64,000 bases of DNA from an uncultured bacterium (GCA_963759775.1 CAVXAH010000001.1:336682-400681), one strand, 5' to 3'. Shown: positions 45,834 to 54,154, numbered from the stretch's first letter. The notes: a model not told the origin generated them from the sequence alone. Program-made: numbers and translations.

Positions 45834-46507
45834 AAGTTTCGAAGATACACGTGCGCTCGGACATGCGCACCGAGTGCTTGCCCATGAGCTGATGTGGTAG
45901 TGGTAGCGTCAACGTAAAGACTGGTGGCCGCGGTCACGTCTACATTGTCGTAGGTAAACAAGAGACTGTCGAGCACGCTCGTTAACTTCTTACTCCCCGA
46001 AGTGCGGCTACTTGCGGGAGCGGCGTCTATCAGCCGATACGCATCGGTCCCAGAAGCGTAAATGCCTATGTAATCATAGGACCCAGAAATGGTGGCACCG
46101 GCGCTCGTAATCGCAGGGAGCTCAAACACTGCCGTCGTGCTCCCAGAGGTATACGTAGTTCCGGAAAACGCATGCGAGGCGAGGATATGGGTCGCTTGAA
46201 GTGCCGCCTCACGCGTCTCGTCAACGATTTGACTGCCGCCACTGGTTACGGCGATGGAGGACTCAACATACGGAAATGTGCGACTAAACCCAACATATAC
46301 ATAGGACAGGGCCAGCATAAGCATCACGGTAAGCGCGGTAGTGATGAGGACCTCAATAAGTGTAAAGCCACGGACGGCTTTGCTCCCCGCGCTCGCTTCG
46401 GACGATCGCATGAGGATGTGCGATCGTCGCTCAGCTCGCTTGGTAGTAAAACCTCGGCAGAAAGGTTGGAGGTTGGAGGTTGGAGGTTGGGAGAACATAT
46501 GGGACAT
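45830..46507 (-). CDS. Type IV pilin-like protein 1 (prepilin), start uncertain
   Basis: Prepilin motif G|FTLIEVLITTAL; possible starts ATG 46507 (2 nt after the upstream pilin stop), 46498 or 46411, all in frame. Confidence 0.8.
   Translation of the reverse strand: MSHMFSQPPTSNLQPFCRGFTTKRAERRSHILMRSSEASAGSKAVRGFTLIEVLITTALTVMLMLALSYVYVGFSRTFPYVESSIAVTSGGSQIVDETREAALQATHILASHAFSGTTYTSGSTTAVFELPAITSAGATISGSYDYIGIYASGTDAYRLIDAAPASSRTSGSKKLTSVLDSLLFTYDNVDVTAATSLYVDATTTTSAHGQALGAHVRAHVYLRNL
46463..46490. repeat. Heptanucleotide tandem repeat (AGGTTGG)x4, CCAACCT on the pilin strand
   Basis: Four perfect 7-nt units read directly from sequence, inside the long-leader reading frame of pilin 1. 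Confidence 0.95.
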
Positions 46508-46509
46508 GC

Positions 46510-46980
46510 TTAAAGGCCACCAACTTCGGTGACAAGCGTGGTGAGTGACACGTACCGCGAACTGCCGGTTGATGCTACCCACGCGACGCCGACGACAACC
46601 TTTTTGGTCTTCGTGTTGTAAGTGGAGACGCTGGTACTCGCAGAGGCAGACGGGATAGAGGCAAGCAGTGGATCACTAAAGATGCCGCTCGGAGGGAGCG
46701 CCGCATATCCGAGCGCACGGAGTTCATCAAGTTTGGTATGAGCGACACGAAGGGCGGTGTGTTCAAAGCGAATTTCGGCAGCGTTTTTAAGTAGCGTACC
46801 GACTACGCTAAAGAGAGTAATCGAAACACCCACAATAAAAACAGCGACCAGAGTTTCAATGAGCGTAAACCCTCGGAAGGTTTTTCTCCCTGCGCTCGCC
46901 GCAGACAAACGCATGGGGACATGCGCTTGTCGTTCGGCTCGTTTGGTAGTAAAACCTCGGCGAGAGACCCTCTGAATCAT
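46510..46980 (-). CDS. Type IV pilin-like protein 2 (prepilin), start uncertain
   Basis: Prepilin motif G|FTLIETLVAVFIVG; in-frame starts ATG 46980 (6 nt after a TATACT box) or ATG 46914. Confidence 0.8.
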   Translation of the reverse strand: MIQRVSRRGFTTKRAERQAHVPMRLSAASAGRKTFRGFTLIETLVAVFIVGVSITLFSVVGTLLKNAAEIRFEHTALRVAHTKLDELRALGYAALPPSGIFSDPLLASIPSASASTSVSTYNTKTKKVVVGVAWVASTGSSRYVSLTTLVTEVGGL

Positions 46981-46987
46981 GGATGCA

Positions 46988-47034
46988 GTATACCCCCACA
47001 CGAACTTCTCCAGACAGTTCGTGTGGGGGTATAC
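46988..47034. promoter_or_regulatory. 18-bp perfect palindrome carrying two divergent TATACT boxes (pilin 2 / tpiA)
   Basis: GTATACCCCCACACGAAC-11 nt-GTTCGTGTGGGGGTATAC; each outer end plus one T reads TATACT, 6 nt from ATG 47042 (tpiA) and ATG 46980 (pilin 2). Confidence 0.5.
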
Positions 47035-47041
47035 TTGCGGA

Positions 47042-47785
47042 ATGCTTATGGTCGCCAACTGGAAAGCGTATGTGGGGACGGCCGAAGAGGCACGAAAGCT
47101 TTTTTCAGTCGCAAAGCGTCTTGCATCCAAAACCCGTGTGCGCATAGTGCTTCTCCCACCGGCCCCACTTTTCGGACTCCTCGCGCCAAAAAATAAGTCA
47201 CGAGTTTCTTTTGGCGTACAAGACGTTTCAACAAAAATGAGCGGCGCACATACGGGCGAGGTGACTGCCGAGACGGTCGCCGGCCTGGGGGCGAAGTATG
47301 TGATTGTTGGTCATTCCGAGCGCCGTGCCGCGGGCGAGTCGCTCCCACAGATTACCGAGAAGCTCCGCCGCGTGCTCGTGGAAGACCTCACGCCTGTTTT
47401 GTGTGTCGGTGAAAGCGAGCGCGACTCCGATGGTCGCTATCTCGCATACGTGCGCGAAGAAATTACTTCAGCACTTCTTCCGCTCTCACCGAGAGACCGC
47501 TCCCGCGTCGTCATTGCGTACGAACCTATTTGGGCAATTGGAAAAACCGCCGCTGACGCTCTCTCTGCGTCCGATCTTGCTGAAATGGTTTTGTATATCA
47601 GAAAAGTGCTTGCCGAAATTCTCCCCGGCAAATCAAGTGCACGAACCAAAGTGCTCTACGGCGGTTCGGTTGAGTCCGAAAATGCACGTGCACTTGCGGG
47701 CGGGACGCAAATAGACGGGTTCTTGGTCGGCCATGCGTCTACGGACCCGGTTACTTTTTCAAAACTCGTGCACGCAATCTCGTAA
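47042..47785 (+). CDS. tpiA: Triosephosphate isomerase
   Basis: MLMVANWKAY start, VIVGHSERR, AYEPIWAIGTG-like (AYEPIWAIGKT), YGGSV motifs. Confidence 0.9.
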   Translation: MLMVANWKAYVGTAEEARKLFSVAKRLASKTRVRIVLLPPAPLFGLLAPKNKSRVSFGVQDVSTKMSGAHTGEVTAETVAGLGAKYVIVGHSERRAAGESLPQITEKLRRVLVEDLTPVLCVGESERDSDGRYLAYVREEITSALLPLSPRDRSRVVIAYEPIWAIGKTAADALSASDLAEMVLYIRKVLAEILPGKSSARTKVLYGGSVESENARALAGGTQIDGFLVGHASTDPVTFSKLVHAIS

Positions 47786-47792
47786 CCATGAG

Positions 47793-47909
47793 TCCCGTTA
47801 GAAATCGCGGACGCTATAATGAGCATCACGGTATGCACGATATTTTTATGAGCTCTAATCAAGTAGGGGGCGGCGCTATTGAAGCGTTCGCGTCCTATTT
47901 CTAACGGGA
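47793..47909. mobile_element. MITE-like 117-bp TIR element in the pgk start codon (copy A)
   Basis: TIRs TCCCGTTAGAAAT 47793-47805 / ATTTCTAACGGGA 47897-47909; direct TGAG at 47789-47792 and 47910-47913. Confidence 0.6.
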
Positions 47910-49057
47910 TGAGACCGGTACAGGACATTCCGGTATTCAAAAACATTCCCGTTCTCGTGCGCACGGAAATGAATGTGCCCATTGAAAATGGGGTGGTGGC
48001 TAATGACTATCGCCTGAGGAGAGCTCTGCCAACCATAACGTACCTCGCAGAGCGCGGAGCGCGCGTGATTCTCGTGAGTCATATTGGGGAAAAAGGAACC
48101 GAAACACTTCTCCCGGTTGCGGAGGCACTCAAAACCCTCATAGCTAAAGTTTCTTTTTGTTCCACAACAATAGGTACGGAGGCACGAAGCGCTATACGTG
48201 CGCTCTTACCAGGTGGCGTGCTCGTTCTTGAAAACGTGCGGCGCAATCGCGGGGAAGTGATGAATGATCCGGCATTTGCAAAAGAACTCGCGACACTCGC
48301 AGACGTTTTTGTTGAAGACAGTTTTGACACTTGCCACCGCGCTCACGCATCCATTGTCGGAGTGCCCACACTCCTCCCAAGCTACGCAGGTCTTTTGCTT
48401 CAAGAAGAAATGAAAGAGCTTGGTAAAGCGGGGCATCCAAAAAAACCTGCAATTGCGATTATTGGAGGAGCAAAATTTTCCACAAAAGAACCGGTATTGA
48501 AATCCCTCCTCACTACCTACGACCAGGTATATGTAGGAGGAGCACTCGCGAACGACTTCCTTAAAGCGTCGGGTAACTCTGTAGGAGCATCTCTTGTCTC
48601 TGGCGCTTCACCCGACGAAATTGCTCCGCTTCTAGAGAATAAAAAATTAATCCTTCCCAAGGATGTAGTGGTAATTCCAAAAGAGGCGCAGGGCGCAGAC
48701 GATGTGCGTATGCATTCTCGCGTGAGGGCGGTGAACGCAGTGAAGGATGACGAAATTATTCTTGATATGGGTCCCGACTCCAGCACCCGACTTGCACACG
48801 CGGCACGAGCGGCAAAGACTATTCTCTGGAACGGTCCGCTTGGAAATTACGAACACGGGTTTACTGATGCCACAAACATGCTTGCAAAAGCGATAGCGGA
48901 AAGTGGGGCGCATTCGGTGGTCGGTGGTGGCGACACGGTTGCCGCCATAGAAATGCTCGGCATTCTCCATCGTTTTTCTTTCGTTTCAACCGGCGGTGGC
49001 GCCATGCTTGACCTCATAGCCAAGGGTACGCTCCCAGGTATTGACGTATTGAAGTAA
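47909..49057 (+). CDS. pgk: Phosphoglycerate kinase
   Basis: VLVRTEMNVP, hinge and C-terminal GGGDT / STGGGA motifs; ATG 47909 formed by the last A of the TIR plus TG of the direct repeat. Confidence 0.9.
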   Translation: MRPVQDIPVFKNIPVLVRTEMNVPIENGVVANDYRLRRALPTITYLAERGARVILVSHIGEKGTETLLPVAEALKTLIAKVSFCSTTIGTEARSAIRALLPGGVLVLENVRRNRGEVMNDPAFAKELATLADVFVEDSFDTCHRAHASIVGVPTLLPSYAGLLLQEEMKELGKAGHPKKPAIAIIGGAKFSTKEPVLKSLLTTYDQVYVGGALANDFLKASGNSVGASLVSGASPDEIAPLLENKKLILPKDVVVIPKEAQGADDVRMHSRVRAVNAVKDDEIILDMGPDSSTRLAHAARAAKTILWNGPLGNYEHGFTDATNMLAKAIAESGAHSVVGGGDTVAAIEMLGILHRFSFVSTGGGAMLDLIAKGTLPGIDVLK

Positions 49058-49356
49058 GGGTGGTATACTAATATTAGTAGTACTGAAGGCGACCATTTTG
49101 GTTCGCTCGGAGCTCTTCTCATGATCCCCACATTGACCGCTGTTTTTTCTCTCGCCATGCTCGCACTGGTCATCCGGCGCCGCGCTCGGAATCGCCTCCA
49201 GGCAATTCCCAACAAGGTTGACCGTCGGCAGGCCGTGCCGCTTTAACTGGGCGCAGGGCAAAAACAAAACGCCAGTTCTCGAAAGAGACTGGCGTTTTTC
49301 TTTTAAATAGCGTAAATCACAAAACTCGTCGCAGGTGCCGTTTTTGTGATTTACGC

Positions 49357-49785
49357 TTAAGTAAGCGCGTCGCGAATACTTTTTGCGATTTTTTCTTTTT
49401 CACCTTCAGCGTAGCTTTTCTCGGGCCAAAAGTGGAACTCGTTCCGGTCATGACGGGGAATGATATGGAAATGAAGATGAAAGACAATTTGTCCGGCAGC
49501 TGCCTCATGATTTGAGTTGATATGCACACCGCTCGCACCAACTGCGTCCCGCACGGCGGGTGCGATTTTACGTACGGTGCGCATTACTGCGGCAAGCGTT
49601 GCATCATCAGTATCGAAAATATTTCTCACAGACTTTTTTGGAATCACGAGTGTGTGTCCAGGAACATTGGGACGAATATCAAGAAAGGCAAGTGTCTCGG
49701 CATCCTCGTACACAATGTCAGCTGGGATCTCCCGACGAATGATTTTTGCAAAAGGAGTGTCTTCCACCCCGTTAGAAGTTTTCAT
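49357..49785 (-). CDS. HIT family hydrolase
   Basis: Histidine triad HLHFHIIP; start is either in-element ATG 49785 or GTG 49767 at the element junction. Confidence 0.85.
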   Translation of the reverse strand: MKTSNGVEDTPFAKIIRREIPADIVYEDAETLAFLDIRPNVPGHTLVIPKKSVRNIFDTDDATLAAVMRTVRKIAPAVRDAVGASGVHINSNHEAAAGQIVFHLHFHIIPRHDRNEFHFWPEKSYAEGEKEKIAKSIRDALT

Positions 49786-49868
49786 ACCGTTATTTTTCCG
49801 AAGAAATAAATTTAGAAAAAGAAAGTTCGTTTGAACGAATACTCAAATGGGTTGAACTTCTAACGGGG
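49767..49868. mobile_element. MITE-like 102-bp TIR element in the HIT gene start codon (copy C)
   Basis: TIRs CCCCGTTAGAAGTT 49767-49780 / AACTTCTAACGGGG 49855-49868; direct TCCA at 49763-49766 and 49869-49872. Confidence 0.6.
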
Positions 49869-49897
49869 TCCATGCCGGTCATAGTATCATTCGGGGA

Positions 49898-51622
49898 ATG
49901 CTCCGAGCTCCTATTGATGAAAGCGTTCGTGAGCAACTCTCGTCGTACGACGATCTCACCGCAGGTTTACTCTCGCGTCGTGGCATCACGACCAAAGAGA
50001 GTGCTGTGGCATTTTTAAATCCTTCATACACTGATCACCTCCACGATCCGCTCCTCATGAAAAATATGAAGGAAGCGGCAGAGAGGTTTGCGGAAGCCAT
50101 AACATCTCGCGAACGGATCGTCGTGTGGGGTGACTACGACTGCGACGGTATTCCGGGCGGGGTCATACTCCATGATTTTCTGAAAAAAGTGGGCGCCGAT
50201 TTTGAAAATTATATTCCGCATCGGCATGAAGAGGGATATGGCGTGAATGAGGCGGGCGTAGAGAAACTCGCTCTTCGCGGTACAAAACTTATGGTGACGG
50301 TAGATTCAGGAATTACCGACGTCGTGCCTATCAAGCGCGCACGCGAACTCGGCATAGAAGTGATTGTGACCGACCACCATCTTCCAGGTGCACAACTTCC
50401 GGACGCCATTGTAGTTGATCCAAAGGCGCACAAAGATGAAACGTATCCGTTCCTTGAGCTGTGTGGAGCAGGACTCGCATGGAAACTCGTTGTTGCAACG
50501 CTTTCCGTTTCCCCTGCACTTCGTGCGCAAGTGGGAGAAGGGTGGGAAAAATGGCTTCTTGATATGGCGGGACTCGCTACTATTGCAGACATGGTGCCGC
50601 TTGTGGGCGAGAATCGGATTCTCGCAAAGTACGGACTCCTCGTTATGCGGAAGTCGCCACGCGTAGGCCTCCAAAAATTGTGTCGAGCGGTGCGCATGGA
50701 CCAGTCTTCAATAGCAGAAGACGATGTGGGTTTTATGATTGCGCCGCGCGTGAACGCAGCATCTCGTATGGGAGATGCGAGAGACGCTTTTGAGTTATTC
50801 ACCACGACGGATGAGACACGTGCGGAAGCACTCGCGAAAAAATTGGAAAAACTCAATCGCGAACGCAAAGCATCTGCGGGCGCGATTACTCGCGCAGTGC
50901 GCGAACGCCTCGCCGAGCGCGAGGAACTCAAAAGTGTCATTGTGCTTGGGGACCCTTCATGGAGGCCGTCTTTACTTGGTCTTGTCGCAAACGGAATAGC
51001 CGAGGAGTATGAGCGTCCGGTCTTTTTGTGGGGGCGAGAAGCAAATCAGATTATTAAAGGCTCGTGCCGTGCGGGTATTCCAACGGCGCATGTCGTAGAG
51101 ATTATGGAAGCAGCACGGAATTCATTTATTGAATTTGGTGGCCATGCTCAGTCTGCCGGGTTTGCCGTAAAAGAAGAAGCTATTTTTTCACTTGAAGACG
51201 AGCTTGCCCGCGCGTACGAGAGCATACGGGAAGGTGGGGTGAGAGTTGAGGACAAAGAAGAGAAGCGCGCCGACGGCGAGTTGTCGTTTTATGAAGTTGC
51301 CGCGCCGCTTCTTATAAAACTAGAACAGATTTCTCCTTTTGGAGAGAAAAATCCAAAACCCGTGTTTCTCCTTCGCGATGTCATCGTAAAAGAAATCTCA
51401 CGTTTCGGAAAAGGAAGTGAACATCTAAAAATAAAAATTGCGATTCCGGAGAGTGCGCGAAGCGTTACGGGCATCGCCTTTTTTGCGAAAGGAGCACTCG
51501 CAAAAAAAGTAAACACGCTTACGCCGGGGAACCGACTCCATGTCTTTGCGCACGTAGAACGCGATTCGTTTTCGCGTGCGTACCCAGTGCGTCTTAGGCT
51601 TCTTGATATAGTGCTTGCATGA
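49898..51622 (+). CDS. recJ: Single-stranded-DNA-specific exonuclease RecJ
   Basis: DHH motifs (GDYDCDGI, VTVDSG, VTDHH) and DHHA1 region; TATCAT box 7 nt upstream of ATG. Confidence 0.9.
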   Translation: MLRAPIDESVREQLSSYDDLTAGLLSRRGITTKESAVAFLNPSYTDHLHDPLLMKNMKEAAERFAEAITSRERIVVWGDYDCDGIPGGVILHDFLKKVGADFENYIPHRHEEGYGVNEAGVEKLALRGTKLMVTVDSGITDVVPIKRARELGIEVIVTDHHLPGAQLPDAIVVDPKAHKDETYPFLELCGAGLAWKLVVATLSVSPALRAQVGEGWEKWLLDMAGLATIADMVPLVGENRILAKYGLLVMRKSPRVGLQKLCRAVRMDQSSIAEDDVGFMIAPRVNAASRMGDARDAFELFTTTDETRAEALAKKLEKLNRERKASAGAITRAVRERLAEREELKSVIVLGDPSWRPSLLGLVANGIAEEYERPVFLWGREANQIIKGSCRAGIPTAHVVEIMEAARNSFIEFGGHAQSAGFAVKEEAIFSLEDELARAYESIREGGVRVEDKEEKRADGELSFYEVAAPLLIKLEQISPFGEKNPKPVFLLRDVIVKEISRFGKGSEHLKIKIAIPESARSVTGIAFFAKGALAKKVNTLTPGNRLHVFAHVERDSFSRAYPVRLRLLDIVLA

Positions 51623-52044
51623 CATTCACCATTCACGCTGATGGCGGTGCGCGCGGAAACCCAGGACCCGCGGGCGCAGGAGCCGTGATACGAGATGAAA
51701 ATGGAAATTCTGTTGCGGCAGTTTCTGCCTTTCTTGGGCACCGCACCAACAATTTCGCTGAATACGAAGCAGTGATTCTTGCTTTTGCCGAACTTTCAAA
51801 ACTGGTACGCGAAGGAAAGCACGGGGAAACTGATGTGGTGGTAAAAATGGACAGCGAACTTGTTGTACGCCAAATGCAGGGAGTCTATAAAGTGAAACAT
51901 CCTGTGTTAAAAGAACAGCACGCACGCCTTGCACAGCTGGCCGGCGCATTTAAATCAGTATCTTTTATGCACATCCCGCGTGAACAGAATGGGGATGCCG
52001 ATGCACTCGCAAACGAAGCAATGGACCAAGCGTTTGACAAATAG
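51619..52044 (+). CDS. rnhA: Ribonuclease HI
   Basis: ADGGARGNPGPAG, NNFAEYEA, GDADALAN pattern of RNase H type 1. Confidence 0.85.
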   Translation: MTFTIHADGGARGNPGPAGAGAVIRDENGNSVAAVSAFLGHRTNNFAEYEAVILAFAELSKLVREGKHGETDVVVKMDSELVVRQMQGVYKVKHPVLKEQHARLAQLAGAFKSVSFMHIPREQNGDADALANEAMDQAFDK

Positions 52045-52097
52045 CATTTTCGTGGAGTATACTAGTTATCGTTCATTGATATCAAAAGGAGTAACCC

Positions 52098-52583
52098 ATG
52101 CTCGTAAGCATTGATTGCGACAAGATGCTGGTGCCGAACGGTTTCAAAATCAAACCTCACCGAAGAAAAGAGGTCCTCACGTTGGATCCGATGCAAATCG
52201 ATCTTTACCTCACGGCCGCGCAAAAGAGCGGCCAGAGAACCAAAACAAGCGAGGTCCTCAAGGAGCTTCAAAACAAGCCAGTGCTGAACGCCTGCGTATT
52301 TGACCACTGGGATAAAAATCCAGATTCCATTCCTGAAAAAGTGATGGAAGGTAGAGGGACCGAGATTCGCTACCTTTTCTGGGATCCGATTTTCAGCAGT
52401 TCAAACGACGAAGAGTATATTCTTTGTGTGGGCTGGGACGGCAATACGTTGCGTTCGGAAACCCGGTGGCTTGGCTACGACCTAGGTAGCAATCACATGG
52501 CTCTGCTCCGCACGCAAGCGATTCCGCGCAATCGCCCACGAAGTTGGTACTCGAGGCTTATAAACTCTGGTCTTGTCGACTGA
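52098..52583 (+). CDS. Hypothetical protein
   Basis: 161-aa ORF followed by a terminator (CCCGCG/CGCGGG + T-run at 52596-52624); no motif recognised. Confidence 0.5.
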   Translation: MLVSIDCDKMLVPNGFKIKPHRRKEVLTLDPMQIDLYLTAAQKSGQRTKTSEVLKELQNKPVLNACVFDHWDKNPDSIPEKVMEGRGTEIRYLFWDPIFSSSNDEEYILCVGWDGNTLRSETRWLGYDLGSNHMALLRTQAIPRNRPRSWYSRLINSGLVD

Positions 52584-52645
52584 AAAAGAGATTCAACCCC
52601 GCGTCTGTATGGCGCGGGTTTTTATTTCTTTGATATTCTACAAAC

Positions 52646-54154
52646 GTGGCGCCGCTCCTCGCACTTACGCTCGGTTTTGCGAGCGGAATATTTTTTCGCT
52701 CGTTTTTTGTATTAGGAATATCGGCACTCATTTTTCTCGGAGTACTCGTTCTCATCTTCGTAAGCGCGTGGCTTCATAAGGGTCGCACTACATACCTCGT
52801 GCTTGCTCTATTTTTCTTTGCGAGTATGTTCGGTGTTTTTCGGACCGACATTGCCGACACACCGCCGCCGGAACCGTTTATGTTCCACGTGGGAGAAAGC
52901 GTTTCATACGAGGGCGTGGTGGTGAAAGACCCAGACCTTCGCGACAGTAGTCAGCGCGTAACGCTCCGCGTTCACGAAGAAGGCGTTTCAACAAAAATAC
53001 TAGTGGTTACTTCTCGCACGAAGCAGGTGCAGGTTGGAGAGCGTGTGCGAGTCTACGGGAAACTTACCCTACCAGAACCATTTGAGAGTGAGGGAGGACG
53101 GACATTTCGGTACGACAGGTATCTCGCAAAAGACGGCGTGCGCTTTATGATGGAATACGCATCACTCTCGCAGGTCACCCCCGCTCCAAATTGGTCAATC
53201 GCCGCTCTTTTTGCGCGAGTGAAACATACGTTTGTCTCTGGCATATCACTCGCCCTTCCGGAGCCCTATGCCGCGCTCGGGAGCGGCATGGTCATTGGCG
53301 GCAAACAAGGGCTCGGGTCCGAACTTCTCGCTCTGTTTACGATTGCGGGCATCGTGCACATCGTTGTTCTTTCGGGGTACAACGTCATGATTATTGCGGA
53401 AGGAATCATGGCGGGACTATCGCGGTTTCGTATTTCAAGAAAAGGTGCCGGTGTTGCCGGTGCGATAGCCATAGTTGTATTCGTATGTATTGTCGGCGGT
53501 GGGTCTGCGACATTTCGTGCGGCACTCATGGCGATGATTGCGCTTTATGCACGCGCAAGCGGTCGCACCTACGCCGCAAGTCGTGCGCTTCTTGTGGTCG
53601 TGCTTCTCATGCTTGTATGGAATCCATTACTTCTCGTATTTGACCCCGGTTTTGATTTGTCGGTCGTCGCGACCGCGGGGCTTATCTTTTTGGCGCCACT
53701 TCTTGAGATGCGTTTCACGCGCGTCAAGAATCTTTTTTTGAAAAACATCATGGCGACGACACTCGCTGCGCAAATTGCGGTACTTCCGCTCCTCTTGTAC
53801 CAAACGGGAAATCTTTCTTTAGTAGCTATTCCCGCGAACTTGCTCGTGCTTCCGGTGATGCCGCTCGCGATGGCGTTCTCAGCGATAGCCGGTTTCGCAG
53901 GCGTCCTCTTCAGTCAGTGGGCATTCCCACTAACACTTCTTCTTTCTTTCCCCGCGTATCTCATAAATGCATACATTGTCTCTGTTGCGCGTTTTGCCGC
54001 AGAGATTCCCTTTGCCGCGTTCACCCTCCCCGCATTTCCATTTTTTCTTGTAGTGGTTGCGTACGCGCTTTTGATATGGAAAACGAAACGGGAGTACACA
54101 AAAAACGCTATGACATCGCGCCCGCAAGTCGACCTTCTACCACTCTCCAATTAA
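52646..54154 (+). CDS. comEC: ComEC/Rec2 DNA-uptake channel, membrane part only
   Basis: N-terminal OB-like region plus polytopic competence domain; lacks the C-terminal metallo-beta-lactamase domain. Confidence 0.8.
   Translation: MAPLLALTLGFASGIFFRSFFVLGISALIFLGVLVLIFVSAWLHKGRTTYLVLALFFFASMFGVFRTDIADTPPPEPFMFHVGESVSYEGVVVKDPDLRDSSQRVTLRVHEEGVSTKILVVTSRTKQVQVGERVRVYGKLTLPEPFESEGGRTFRYDRYLAKDGVRFMMEYASLSQVTPAPNWSIAALFARVKHTFVSGISLALPEPYAALGSGMVIGGKQGLGSELLALFTIAGIVHIVVLSGYNVMIIAEGIMAGLSRFRISRKGAGVAGAIAIVVFVCIVGGGSATFRAALMAMIALYARASGRTYAASRALLVVVLLMLVWNPLLLVFDPGFDLSVVATAGLIFLAPLLEMRFTRVKNLFLKNIMATTLAAQIAVLPLLLYQTGNLSLVAIPANLLVLPVMPLAMAFSAIAGFAGVLFSQWAFPLTLLLSFPAYLINAYIVSVARFAAEIPFAAFTLPAFPFFLVVVAYALLIWKTKREYTKNAMTSRPQVDLLPLSN

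Noticed and set aside
46463-46490. The tandem repeat considered as a possible CRISPR array.
   Set aside because: The units are only 7 nt long and contiguous, with no spacers. There are no cas genes in the window.
47798-47820. TTAGAA (in the TIR of copy A) plus the perfect TATAAT at 47815-47820, considered as an outward- or inward-reading sigma-70 promoter.
   Set aside because: The spacer is only 11 nt, against an expected 16-18. The other two copies lack an equivalent -10 at that distance.
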